This document shows, in pieces, positions 8,908-17,358 of a stretch of DNA of 35,606 nt. Source of the DNA: an uncultured Candidatus Saccharibacteria bacterium (lineage in GTDB: Bacteria; Patescibacteriota; Saccharimonadia; Saccharimonadales; Saccharimonadaceae); contig CALMCP010000083.1 of the NCBI GenBank assembly GCA_937863095.1, positions 1-35,606 on the forward strand. Reading direction: 5' to 3'. The stretch's first letter is position 1. Every line of letters starts with the position of its first letter. Made by a program: the position numbers and the translations under genes. The notes beneath the pieces are model-generated. The model was not told the origin of the DNA. It searched no databases and worked only from the letters and a program-made list of their open reading frames with translations.

Positions 8908-10128
8908 ATGGATATCCCTTATGCTTACCTATCTCACAAGTCAACCTACAGACGTGGTTTCACTATCGTCGAACTCCTCATCGTCATCGTCATCATCGCC
9001 ATCCTCGCCGCTCTCACCTACGTCGGCTACACCGCCATCTCCAACAGAGCCATCGACTCCACCCTCAAGTCAGACCTCACTCAAGCAGCCAAAAAGCTCA
9101 ACTATGACAAAGTAGACAACAACGACTCCTATCCCCTAGGGCCCTCTGTGCCATCGAGCATTGCAGCCAGTGATGGTAATACCTTTGAATACACCTCAGA
9201 CGGAACATCCTACTGCCTCAGTATCACCTCAACCAAGTCAAATAGCCTTTCCTATCACATCAACAGCTCCACAAACAGTACAACACCACGAGAAGGTGTC
9301 TGCCCCGGCCACACCGGCCCAGTGGCTGGTGGCGGCGGCGGAGGCGGAACCACCATCGCCAACAACACCCCCATTCAAGACGTCACATCATCACAGTGTG
9401 CAGCTCTCCCAGTCTACACTGGCACAAATAACGATGCCATCCGAACGGTCACTGACAGCCGTGGTGGCACCGCCAAAACCTACCGCATCGCCAAACTCGC
9501 CGACAACAAGTGCTGGATGCTGGATAACCTTAAGCTTGGCAGTACCACAGGCGCTACCACGCTCACACCAGCAGACAGCAATGTAGCAAGTAACTTTACG
9601 CTCCCACAAGTCAGCACTACCGGTTCTGGTGACGACTCTGGTGTAGGCAATGGCTACGACACTCCGTATGCCTATGGCCCAGTTCCTGGCGACACCGGCT
9701 CTGGCGCCACCAACTATGGCTATCTCTACAACTGGTCAGCGGCAACGGCTGGAGAAACACGCACATCCATCACAACTGGCAATGCAGCACATAGTATTTG
9801 TGCGAGAGGCTGGCGACTGCCAACTGGAGGAACAGGTGGCGACTTTGCCCAACTTGACCAAGCATTCGGTGGCGCAGGTACCAGCTCGACGAGTGGCGAA
9901 CCAAACATTGCCCAGTGGCAGCACACCGGCCCATTTAAAGGGGTCTTTGCCGGCTACTGGTCGATGAGCCTCTACGAGCAGGGCTCTTCCGGCGTCTTGT
10001 GGTCCAGTGCGGCCGACCCTGTCTGGTCGACTAACGCATTCTATGTGTATCTCGACGCCAGTGAAGTTTACCTGGGCGATATCAATGGTCGCGCCAACGG
10101 GCTTGGGGTTCGCTGTCTCTTAAATTAG
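8908..10128 (+). CDS. Type IV prepilin-like protein with C-terminal Fib_succ_major (FISUMP, C-type-lectin-like) domain; putative adhesin or minor pilin
   Basis: Class III signal RRG/FTIVELLIVIVIIAILAA, pilin-like N-domain, Gly6 linker, then CWMLDNL, YGYLYNWSAA, ICARGWRLPT, G.LWSS and terminal GLGVRCL. Confidence 0.88.
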   Translation: MDIPYAYLSHKSTYRRGFTIVELLIVIVIIAILAALTYVGYTAISNRAIDSTLKSDLTQAAKKLNYDKVDNNDSYPLGPSVPSSIAASDGNTFEYTSDGTSYCLSITSTKSNSLSYHINSSTNSTTPREGVCPGHTGPVAGGGGGGGTTIANNTPIQDVTSSQCAALPVYTGTNNDAIRTVTDSRGGTAKTYRIAKLADNKCWMLDNLKLGSTTGATTLTPADSNVASNFTLPQVSTTGSGDDSGVGNGYDTPYAYGPVPGDTGSGATNYGYLYNWSAATAGETRTSITTGNAAHSICARGWRLPTGGTGGDFAQLDQAFGGAGTSSTSGEPNIAQWQHTGPFKGVFAGYWSMSLYEQGSSGVLWSSAADPVWSTNAFYVYLDASEVYLGDINGRANGLGVRCLLN

Positions 10129-10172
10129 CTTTAGCTAATTTCTGGGAGCCCACCAAGCGAGGCGTGGTGTGA

Positions 10173-10188
10173 AGGGGTGACCACCCCT
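10173..10188. other. GC-rich hairpin 45 nt after the pilin-lectin stop codon
   Basis: AGGGGT-GACC-ACCCCT with no U-tract, so it is not a typical intrinsic terminator. Confidence 0.55.
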
Positions 10189-10216
10189 GAACCCGCCGAG
10201 TCGACCACCTCCTCGT

Positions 10217-10375
10217 GTCATTACCCGGTGTATCCGGGTAATCCAGTAGACATGAATTAGCTATTTTTAACTGGATTGCCCGAACGAGTCGGACAATGAC
10301 AAAGATGCGTGGATACCCCGAACGAGTCGGGGTATGACAGGAGGGGTGTGGATTGTCGACGAGTCGGGCGATGAC
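10217..10375. repeat. Array of four ~30-bp REP/dRS3-like palindromes, one inverted relative to the other three
   Basis: GTCATTACCCGGTGTATCCGGGTAATCCAG 10217-10246; CTGGATTGCCCGAACGAGTCGGACAATGAC 10271-10300; TGGATACCCCGAACGAGTCGGGGTATGAC 10310-10338; TGGATTGTCGACGAGTCGGGCGATGAC 10349-10375. Confidence 0.85.
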
Positions 10376-10469
10376 GAAAGATGACATTGTGTACGCAAAT
10401 TACCAAAGGATAATCCCTTAACAGAGGAAAAAACTTACTAAAAGACATGATAGTGTTACTTTTCACACT

Positions 10470-10525
10470 ACGCTACATATAGCGTACACACCATATCTAG
10501 CGTAGGATGGCGCTAGATATGGTGT
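10470..10525. repeat. Triplet B of 16-bp palindromes
   Basis: ACGCTACATATAGCGT 10470-10485, ACACCATATCTAGCGT 10488-10503, GCGCTAGATATGGTGT 10510-10525. The last two form a 15-bp inverted repeat. Confidence 0.85.
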
Positions 10526-10533
10526 AGGTGTAA

Positions 10534-11598
10534 CTAGATACTCGTGGCGATGCGTTGGATTTGCTCATTTGACAGTGGTGCGTTGCCGTTGACGGTGTAG
10601 AGTATGCCACCGTTGACCCAGGCAGCGTTACCGCCGTACGAGTAGATGGTTAGCCCGTCGATTTGTGTGGCGATAGCGCTGGGGTTCTGTGAGTCGACAT
10701 ATTGCTTGACGGCTGAGGAGTCCCAACTACTCTTCTGCTGCGTCAGCGTGAAGCCTTGGCTGCCGTCAGCGTAGGCAAACTTCATGGCAACTTCCCCGTC
10801 TTTAAACTGGATGGGACCGTTGAGGGCGTAGCCGTCAGGACTGTAGCCGGGGTAGCGAGCGTCGATACCCGACTGGATAGCGGCCATGCGCATGTTGAGG
10901 TTTGGCATGTTGAGGTAGGTGAAGTAGCCAGCCAGCATGACGATAGCAAGGCTCGCGGTTGTCATGCCGACAAACCGTGACCAGCGTCCTTGCGAACGAT
11001 GTTTTTTGGCGCGTACGTTCTTTTGAGGGGCCATCTCACGGTTCATCGCTTCAAGGATGGCCTCGTTCTTCAGTACGGCTGAAGACTTGAGCTCCTTTGG
11101 CTGGGTGACAGCTTGGCTAGCACGCATGTCGAGGCTTTGTCGTTGCTGCGCAGCAAGGCGTTGACGCTGGAGAGCTGCAGCGTCTGGTTTTGCGGTGGCT
11201 CGGTGAGTGACCGGGTGCTTCTCGGCTGGCAGGTCGGCTCGTGTCGGTTGCGGTTGAGTCGCAACAGGAGTAGCGGCAGGTGCAAACTTCTGGACTGACT
11301 CGGCTTTTTTGGCGCTGACTTGCTGTAAGTTGACCGGAGAATAGGCCGCAACAATTGGCTCGCTCTGGTGTTCGACCGTTGGTTGGAGTGAAGTTGGTTT
11401 TTTGACATAGCGCCGACTTAATGTTTCGGAATGCTGCGTTGTTTTGTGTACGCGTGAAATACCTCGGTCTATCTTGTTCGATGAGATGACGGGAGCGGGG
11501 GCTACAACCTGCTGGACGTCTGCGTCGTCCACTGGAAGTCCAGTGATTGGATTGTATGCTCGATTATTTATAATCACATAATTATTGGTATTGTTCAC
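10534..11598 (-). CDS. Membrane protein with disordered N-terminus and C-terminal DUF4367-like domain
   Basis: Y.IINNRAYNP.TG N-terminal motif, low-complexity middle, single TM helix, P.Y.P.GY and W.NGGILY motifs. GTG start at 11598 after AAGGGGAG. Confidence 0.7.
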   Translation of the reverse strand: MNNTNNYVIINNRAYNPITGLPVDDADVQQVVAPAPVISSNKIDRGISRVHKTTQHSETLSRRYVKKPTSLQPTVEHQSEPIVAAYSPVNLQQVSAKKAESVQKFAPAATPVATQPQPTRADLPAEKHPVTHRATAKPDAAALQRQRLAAQQRQSLDMRASQAVTQPKELKSSAVLKNEAILEAMNREMAPQKNVRAKKHRSQGRWSRFVGMTTASLAIVMLAGYFTYLNMPNLNMRMAAIQSGIDARYPGYSPDGYALNGPIQFKDGEVAMKFAYADGSQGFTLTQQKSSWDSSAVKQYVDSQNPSAIATQIDGLTIYSYGGNAAWVNGGILYTVNGNAPLSNEQIQRIATSI

Positions 11599-11714
11599 TA
11601 CTACTCCCCTTTTGTTGGTGCGCTCCAACCATCCTGTTAGCGCTTATGTGTACTACTATACATGAGCTGGTAGCGATTTTGCAAGCACTATATATGTGGT
11701 ACAATTATAGAGAT

Positions 11715-13187
11715 ATGCATCCCAGATTGTCTCGAAAAAAAGAGCTTGCCAAGCGCACGGTAGTCTATCTTGTTATGACTGCTTCAATGATTACGCTTTT
11801 GGGGCTATTAATGCTGCTTGTGCTGGGGTATCAATTTGACCTGAAGAATCGCTCCGTTGAACAGATGGGACTAGTGCAATACGATTCGTCACCTCGTTCG
11901 GCAACTGTGAGTGTTGATGGGACGGTGCTTGGCGGTAAGACCCAGACAAAAGGGAGTGTTCTACCGGGAAAGCGACAATTTGCTATGCAACTTGCTGGGT
12001 ATGAGTCGTGGCAGAAGACGCTTGATATTTCTGCCGGCGTGGTGACGTGGCTGAGCTATCCGCGACTGGTGCCGACAGAGAGGCGGATTGTTACCACCTA
12101 CGAGACAACCGGCCTCCAAACGACGCTGGCAGCTCCCAACGGACGTTATATGGCGCTGTGGCAGGTAGAAGACGGTGTACCTAGGTTTGGTATCGTGGAT
12201 GTACGTAGCTCAGACAGGCCAGTGATAGACAAATACGAACCAACCACGGAGCAATTAGGAGGACTTGATTCGGCGCATCCAGCCGAGACGCATGGATTTT
12301 CACTCAAGTCATGGAGTAGAAACAGTCGCTACATCATCGCGACGCATGAATACCAACGGGCTGGACAGGAGGCGCAGGTGGAGTGGCTGTGGATTGACCG
12401 TGAGTCACCTAGTTCGATGGTGAATCTGACGAATTTATTTGGCTTAGGTTTGACGGATGTGAAGCCACTCGATAACCGCAGCGTATTTATCTTGAGTAGT
12501 GATGACGTGCGGGAGGCGTCGGTGAGCACGGGTTCTATATCTAAGCCGCTCATCACTGGTGTGCGTTCTTTTGACACCTATACTGACGACGTCGTCACCT
12601 ATATTGCTACAGACGCCACCAATGTATCGGCGGGAGTTTGGCGTCGGGGTAGCCCTGGGCCTGTCGTGGTAGCAAATGTACCTGTCGACGGCGAATCGAT
12701 ACGCATAGCTGCATCGCGCTATTTCAATAAAGACACGATTGCAGTAAGTATCGGCAGGCAGGTAACATTTTATCGTGGCGATATACCAACATCCGAAGCG
12801 GGTGTGGCAGCGCTGTTGCGAACGGCAACAGATTTTACGTTCAATCATCCAGTGGAACATCTTCAGTTTAATCGCAGTGGCCAGTTCCTTGTCGCTGAAG
12901 ATGACAAAGGTTTTGTCTCATATGATTTGGAGCGAGCCGAAGTGTCACAGAACGTTCAAAAATACAGCACTGGGGCGATTGATTGGCTAGATGCGCACCA
13001 CGTGACGCAAGTAGATTCGTCTGGAGAGCTTATTATGCAGGAGTTTGACGGCCTTAACGCGACAAGATTGATGCCCATAGTAGCCAGTCACGCCCATTTG
13101 CTCACGCAAGACGGTAAATACGTATATGGCTGGCAGGAGCAAGACGGTACTGTCATGCTGCGCCGATTATCGATGACTATCCAGTAA
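11715..13187 (+). CDS. PEGA-domain membrane protein with probable beta-propeller region
   Basis: TM helix then GY.F, S.P..A.V.VDG and GYESWQK (PEGA-like). Start ATG 11715 follows TGTGGTACAAT. Confidence 0.75.
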   Translation: MHPRLSRKKELAKRTVVYLVMTASMITLLGLLMLLVLGYQFDLKNRSVEQMGLVQYDSSPRSATVSVDGTVLGGKTQTKGSVLPGKRQFAMQLAGYESWQKTLDISAGVVTWLSYPRLVPTERRIVTTYETTGLQTTLAAPNGRYMALWQVEDGVPRFGIVDVRSSDRPVIDKYEPTTEQLGGLDSAHPAETHGFSLKSWSRNSRYIIATHEYQRAGQEAQVEWLWIDRESPSSMVNLTNLFGLGLTDVKPLDNRSVFILSSDDVREASVSTGSISKPLITGVRSFDTYTDDVVTYIATDATNVSAGVWRRGSPGPVVVANVPVDGESIRIAASRYFNKDTIAVSIGRQVTFYRGDIPTSEAGVAALLRTATDFTFNHPVEHLQFNRSGQFLVAEDDKGFVSYDLERAEVSQNVQKYSTGAIDWLDAHHVTQVDSSGELIMQEFDGLNATRLMPIVASHAHLLTQDGKYVYGWQEQDGTVMLRRLSMTIQ

Positions 13188-13199
13188 AGTGCAATCTGT

Positions 13200-14549
13200 T
13201 TATCGGGCGCCGAACAATCGCTCAAGAAGGGTTGGTGCTGGTTTGCCGGGGATGTTGGTTGCTTCGGGTGTACTCGCGTCATCTGTTTCGGCAGCTTCAG
13301 CTTCGCTAGAGTCTGGATAGATTTGTTCGGCAAACACAAGCAGGCGTTTTTCCGCTGTACCAAGCGGTACACAACTGATGAGCGTAAGCATAGGCTTTTT
13401 GGTATCAATCTGCACCTTGGAGACCTCGTTTGGCATGACTACCTCAGTGGTTGTGACGGCATAAGTATAGCGCTTACCTTCGTAGTTCATGTGGATAATA
13501 TCGCCCTTGATGAGCTTTTCATTCTGAGCGAAGATAAATTTGTAGTCGCCGCGGGCAAACACGTCATTGCTAGAGTGAGCGGCAAATACAGCGTTGCCCA
13601 CTTGTCCTGGGACGGCATTTGCTCCTGGTATGGAGAAGTGTGCGATACCACGCTCCATGGCCGCCATCTGCGAGTTGTAGTCGGGACCGATACCGTACAC
13701 GACTGGAGCATCTATGTTCAGTTTCGGGATAATCATTTTTGGCTCTGGACCGACGTCTTCTTGGGCGGTGGTGTCAACGATGATATTCTGCGGCTCTATG
13801 TTGCCGGGCGTAGTATAGGCTAGTACTGTGCCGACTATCTGTCGGTTGAACTGCAAGCCTACAAAGATAAGAAGGACGACTACTCCAGCGAGAGCTGGTA
13901 TGAAGTGGCGCGATGTGCGTACTTTAGCAGCCGATGCGGCAACTTTGCCACGTATAGAGGCTCTGAGTTCATTCATCGCTTCTTTTTGCGTTATGGTCTC
14001 TTCTTTGGTAGTGTGTCTAGACGTCTCGTCAGAGGGTGTTGTGGAGGCTGCATGAGCAGCGTGCTGCTGTAAGGCAGTTTGGCGCTCGTAGTACATCTGG
14101 TAGTACTTTTGCCACGCGCTGTGATATTGTTGCCAGTCTTCTTTCGACGGCTGGCGAGCACTAGTACCTACAGCCATCGTTCGTTGGTATGCGGAAATCT
14201 CTTGGTCTGCGGTCGTCTGGGCTGGGGCTGGTTTGGTGGCTTCCTCTGGCGGTGCGGTGCTGAATCCATGGCGTATCATCGGGGAGCGCTCAATCGGTGT
14301 GTCCGAGGATGAAGGACCGGGCTCGACCGCAGGCGTTGTCGGAGCCGGCTGAGCAGCTACGGGTGTAGTGTGGGGTGTTTGCTCGCCGCTCCCTCCGGCG
14401 TAGATGTGGTCTAACTGGTTACGCACAACATCTGCCGCTGCGTGATGTGCGGAGGGTGTCTGGCGTGGAGCGGCGACGATATGCGCTCGCGACTGATCGG
14501 CGTACGTTGTGCCCACTCGCGTAACTGGTTGATCATTTTGCGGTTTCAT
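13200..14549 (-). CDS. Sortase-family protein with long N-terminal cytoplasmic extension
   Basis: TM helix, IPKLNIDAPVV, PGQVGNAVFAAHS (His) and LTLISC.P.G...KRL (Cys, Arg). Confidence 0.9.
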   Translation of the reverse strand: MKPQNDQPVTRVGTTYADQSRAHIVAAPRQTPSAHHAAADVVRNQLDHIYAGGSGEQTPHTTPVAAQPAPTTPAVEPGPSSSDTPIERSPMIRHGFSTAPPEEATKPAPAQTTADQEISAYQRTMAVGTSARQPSKEDWQQYHSAWQKYYQMYYERQTALQQHAAHAASTTPSDETSRHTTKEETITQKEAMNELRASIRGKVAASAAKVRTSRHFIPALAGVVVLLIFVGLQFNRQIVGTVLAYTTPGNIEPQNIIVDTTAQEDVGPEPKMIIPKLNIDAPVVYGIGPDYNSQMAAMERGIAHFSIPGANAVPGQVGNAVFAAHSSNDVFARGDYKFIFAQNEKLIKGDIIHMNYEGKRYTYAVTTTEVVMPNEVSKVQIDTKKPMLTLISCVPLGTAEKRLLVFAEQIYPDSSEAEAAETDDASTPEATNIPGKPAPTLLERLFGAR

Positions 14550-14633
14550 ATGGATTCCTGATGTATTCTATTGTACAATAAGAGACGGAAACTACCAAGT
14601 TTTCTCTAGAAAGACAACAAATGCTTTGCTGAC

Positions 14634-14720
14634 GGGCTGGTGGCGGAATCGGTAGACGCGCTAGACTCAAAATCTGGTGAGCAATAGCTCGTGGGGGTTC
14701 AAGTCCCCCCTGGCCCACCA
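14634..14720 (+). tRNA. tRNA-Leu (anticodon CAA)
   Basis: GGGCTGG/CTGGCCC acceptor stem, CTAGA-CTCAAAA-TCTGG anticodon arm, long variable arm, GGTTCAAGTCC and CCA end. Confidence 0.96.
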
Positions 14721-14748
14721 GCAAACTGTTTGTTGTATCACGGCCAGA

Positions 14749-14866
14749 ACTATCACTCGCCACCTTCTCTTGAGGATACTTAGGCGAAGTGCAACCCCGT
14801 TATTTTAGCAAGCAGCAAAAATAACGGGCGTGAAACGGTATCCGAGAGAGGGTGGCGAGTGATAGT
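14749..14866 (+). repeat. Structured palindromic element, copy 1 (possible ncRNA or miniature mobile element)
   Basis: Outer arms ACTATCACTCGCCACCTTCTCT / AGAGAGGGTGGCGAGTGATAGT. Core 14772-14846 is homologous to the reverse complement of 21938-22013. Confidence 0.8.
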
Positions 14867-14867
14867 C

Positions 14868-16472
14868 TTATCGAATAATGAAAAGTACCACTGCGCCTAT
14901 GAGAGCGGTCACAGCGAGATAGATGAGCGTCGGCATAAACAGCCGCCGCATGATGGTATTTTCACGGTGGATGAGGCCGACGACAACACTGGCGGAGACG
15001 ACGTTGTGGATAGCGAGGGCGTTGCCGGCTGCGGCACCAATCATCTGCAGGGCGAGGACGATAACAAATGGCAGACCGGTGTCCATGGCGATACTGTACT
15101 GTACGGGTGCCATAGTGAGCGTCGAAACAGTGGCGCTACCGGCGATGAGTGCGCCGATGGCTCCAAGGAGCGGTGCGGCGACAAGCCAAAGTGAGTCGAA
15201 ACTATGTGCCAGTGTTTGAGCGATGTAGAGCGGCATGGACGCCAGACCTGAGGAGTTGATGCCGGAGTTGGTGAAGATTTGTACCATGATAAGTGTCGGG
15301 ATGAGTGCTGAGAGTGCTAGGGCGGTTGCGCTGAGCGCCCCGAGCGCCGACTGTGACAGTGCGCTTCGTGAATGATTAGCCACGAGTATCGCGACGACCG
15401 CCCCGATGAGCAACATGATACCCGGTGAATACAAGATACTCCACGAGGAGGATATCGACTCGACACCGAGGATGCTCTGCCAGCTTGCGTCAAGCGTGAC
15501 GTTGAGGAAGTGTTTGACGGGGTCGATGAGACGAGTGACGAGCAGAAGTACAATGGCGGCGATATACGGTAGCCATGCTTTCCAAAGCGGCATGTGTGCG
15601 TCTGCTTGCGAGATCTCTTCAACGATATGGTCGGGGTTGGCGTGGTGGCGCCAGACGGTTTGAGGTGTCAGCCAGCCGCGACGAGCGGTGAGCGACGCAA
15701 CGACTAAGCTTGTGACACCTGCCAAGATGGAGGTGAGCTCGGGGCCGATAACTCGGACAAATACGACAGTGGCGCAGGCGTGGACGAGCCCGATGAACAG
15801 TGCCCATGGAGCAATTTCTAGGAGCGATTTGAACTTTTGACGGCGGGTTTGATTGCCAAAACTAATGATGAGCGTCGCGACGAGGCCGAGCGCGAGGAGC
15901 GGCGCGATAACCATGTCAAAAAGTGTCACTTGGGCACCGACAAGGGTGACAAGCTCTTTCGAATACACCGGGACATTTTCCAGCCCGACGATGAGCGGCG
16001 TCGCAACTGCACCAAACGTACAGGCCATCGTGTCACCAAGCAGCGCCAGCACGGCCGCGGCGATAGGCCGAAATCCCAGCACCATCAGTAGTGGTGCGGC
16101 GATGATGGCTGGTGTGCCAAACCCTGACATACCTTCAAGTAGGGCGATAAACGAAAACGCCACAACAATCGTCTGAACGCGCATGTCTGGCGAGATAGCG
16201 TGCAGTCCGAGTTTGATGCGGTCCATCGCCCCGGTCGCCTGCATAGTCTTGACGAGCGTGATGGCACCAAACAGGATGAGCCCGATGGTCAACGCGCGGT
16301 GAGTTCCTTGCAGGGCTGAGGCTCCCAATGCCAGCGGCGTCATCTGCCACACAGCGAACGCTATGGCCGCAACGACCAGCATGCTGATAATCATCGTCGT
16401 GCGCGCTGGCAAACGAAACACCATCAGTAGAACCAGCGGCAGGACAATCGCGATAAGCGCAAGCAATATCAT
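14868..16472 (-). CDS. lctP: L-lactate permease family transporter
   Basis: Highly hydrophobic, 534 aa; ILFGA, D.R.Q, LLEG.SGFGTP, FGAV.TP, G.LIAGSATVS and Q..GAAAGN motifs. Confidence 0.9.
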   Translation of the reverse strand: MILLALIAIVLPLVLLMVFRLPARTTMIISMLVVAAIAFAVWQMTPLALGASALQGTHRALTIGLILFGAITLVKTMQATGAMDRIKLGLHAISPDMRVQTIVVAFSFIALLEGMSGFGTPAIIAAPLLMVLGFRPIAAAVLALLGDTMACTFGAVATPLIVGLENVPVYSKELVTLVGAQVTLFDMVIAPLLALGLVATLIISFGNQTRRQKFKSLLEIAPWALFIGLVHACATVVFVRVIGPELTSILAGVTSLVVASLTARRGWLTPQTVWRHHANPDHIVEEISQADAHMPLWKAWLPYIAAIVLLLVTRLIDPVKHFLNVTLDASWQSILGVESISSSWSILYSPGIMLLIGAVVAILVANHSRSALSQSALGALSATALALSALIPTLIMVQIFTNSGINSSGLASMPLYIAQTLAHSFDSLWLVAAPLLGAIGALIAGSATVSTLTMAPVQYSIAMDTGLPFVIVLALQMIGAAAGNALAIHNVVSASVVVGLIHRENTIMRRLFMPTLIYLAVTALIGAVVLFIIR

Positions 16473-16491
16473 GTAGCTAAGTATAGCACTT

Positions 16492-17280
16492 TTAGGCGAT
16501 GCTCGAAGCGAGTGCTTTTAGCGGAGCTTGTGGAGTCCACAGGAGGTAGCAGGCAGCGCGGGTGGCGGTGGTGCCGCGCCAGATGCGCATGGGGTCGTCC
16601 CAGTGTTGAGTGATGACGTCTCCACTGTGTGCAACGATGAGCTGATTGGCATGAAATGTCATGATGGAGAGCGGGTATGACAGGGTAAATTTATGAAGCG
16701 TTTCGACCAGCTGCGCTAGCTGCATGCTAAATGTCAGCATCTTTGGGTAATAGATATTTTTGAAGAGGCGTTGCAGCTGAGCGAACGACAGCACGAGCGT
16801 GATGTGCGGGTTATTGACGACGGCTGGATAGCTGTTTTGCAACAAGTCGACCGCGTCACGGGTGATAATACATGGCGTTTCGGTTTTGGAGACGACGGTT
16901 TCGTAGAGGATGGCAGTCTGGCTGTTTTTGCCAGCGTCGCCGATGAATAGCAAACAGTCGCTCCAGTGTGCGAGAGCATCAAGGTCATGTTTGGCGTCGC
17001 CGCCGAGACCGCCAGCATGATTTGAAGCACCAAAAACGACATCGGTCATAGCTGGGGGCACAGTTTTTTTCAGTACATCTGGCAGAAGTGTTCGCACTTC
17101 CCCTGCCCCGAGCTCTGAAGCCGTACGCCAACTTTCAGCGACCGACGCAAAACCGAGACTGCTGCCGCCAACGATACCGAGCCGGCCCGCTTGGTCACGT
17201 CGCTCTGGCTTGTTCCACTCGATGTCGGGAAACAGCGGCTGCCCGGCTGCCTGTCTTTGCCAATAGGGGTATTGATTCAC
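16492..17280 (-). CDS. Diverged YjeF-C / NAD(P)HX dehydratase-like (ribokinase-fold) protein
   Basis: GRLGIVGGS..G and GAGEVR resemble NnrD. The C-terminal G.GD motif is not recognisable. GTG start at 17280 after AGGAG. Confidence 0.65.
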   Translation of the reverse strand: MNQYPYWQRQAAGQPLFPDIEWNKPERRDQAGRLGIVGGSSLGFASVAESWRTASELGAGEVRTLLPDVLKKTVPPAMTDVVFGASNHAGGLGGDAKHDLDALAHWSDCLLFIGDAGKNSQTAILYETVVSKTETPCIITRDAVDLLQNSYPAVVNNPHITLVLSFAQLQRLFKNIYYPKMLTFSMQLAQLVETLHKFTLSYPLSIMTFHANQLIVAHSGDVITQHWDDPMRIWRGTTATRAACYLLWTPQAPLKALASSIA

Positions 17281-17358
17281 TGCACACTCTCCTTGCTCTG
17301 TACTTCTAATACTCTTAGTATACACGTAGTATGGCGCTCAAGGGTGTACAATAGGACC

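Noticed and set aside
8831-8944. N-terminal extensions in the ORF track (gltX to 8944, capA from 17191, 189-aa ORF to 27420, PEGA from 11646)
   Set aside because: They overlap promoters or opposite-strand genes; better starts lie just downstream of -10 boxes.
8908-10200. Complete DGR cassette
   Set aside because: No reverse transcriptase (YxDD) ORF or template repeat is visible in the window; only a possible target is reported.
10082-10466. Minus-strand ORFs of 101 and 69 aa
   Set aside because: They are translations of the palindromic repeat array with no recognisable protein features.
10217-10525. CRISPR array
   Set aside because: Units are not identical direct repeats, orientations are mixed, spacers are short and irregular (about 9-24 bp), and no cas genes are present.
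4175-14720. tRNA-anchored genomic island or prophage
   Set aside because: I noticed no duplicated tRNA 3' end and no integrase or phage genes, and the interval includes core genes such as gltX.
14772-14846. Hammerhead ribozyme or T-box identity for the duplicated structured element
   Set aside because: There is no CUGANGA core or T-box UGGNACC motif; the element remains unassigned pending a covariance-model search.
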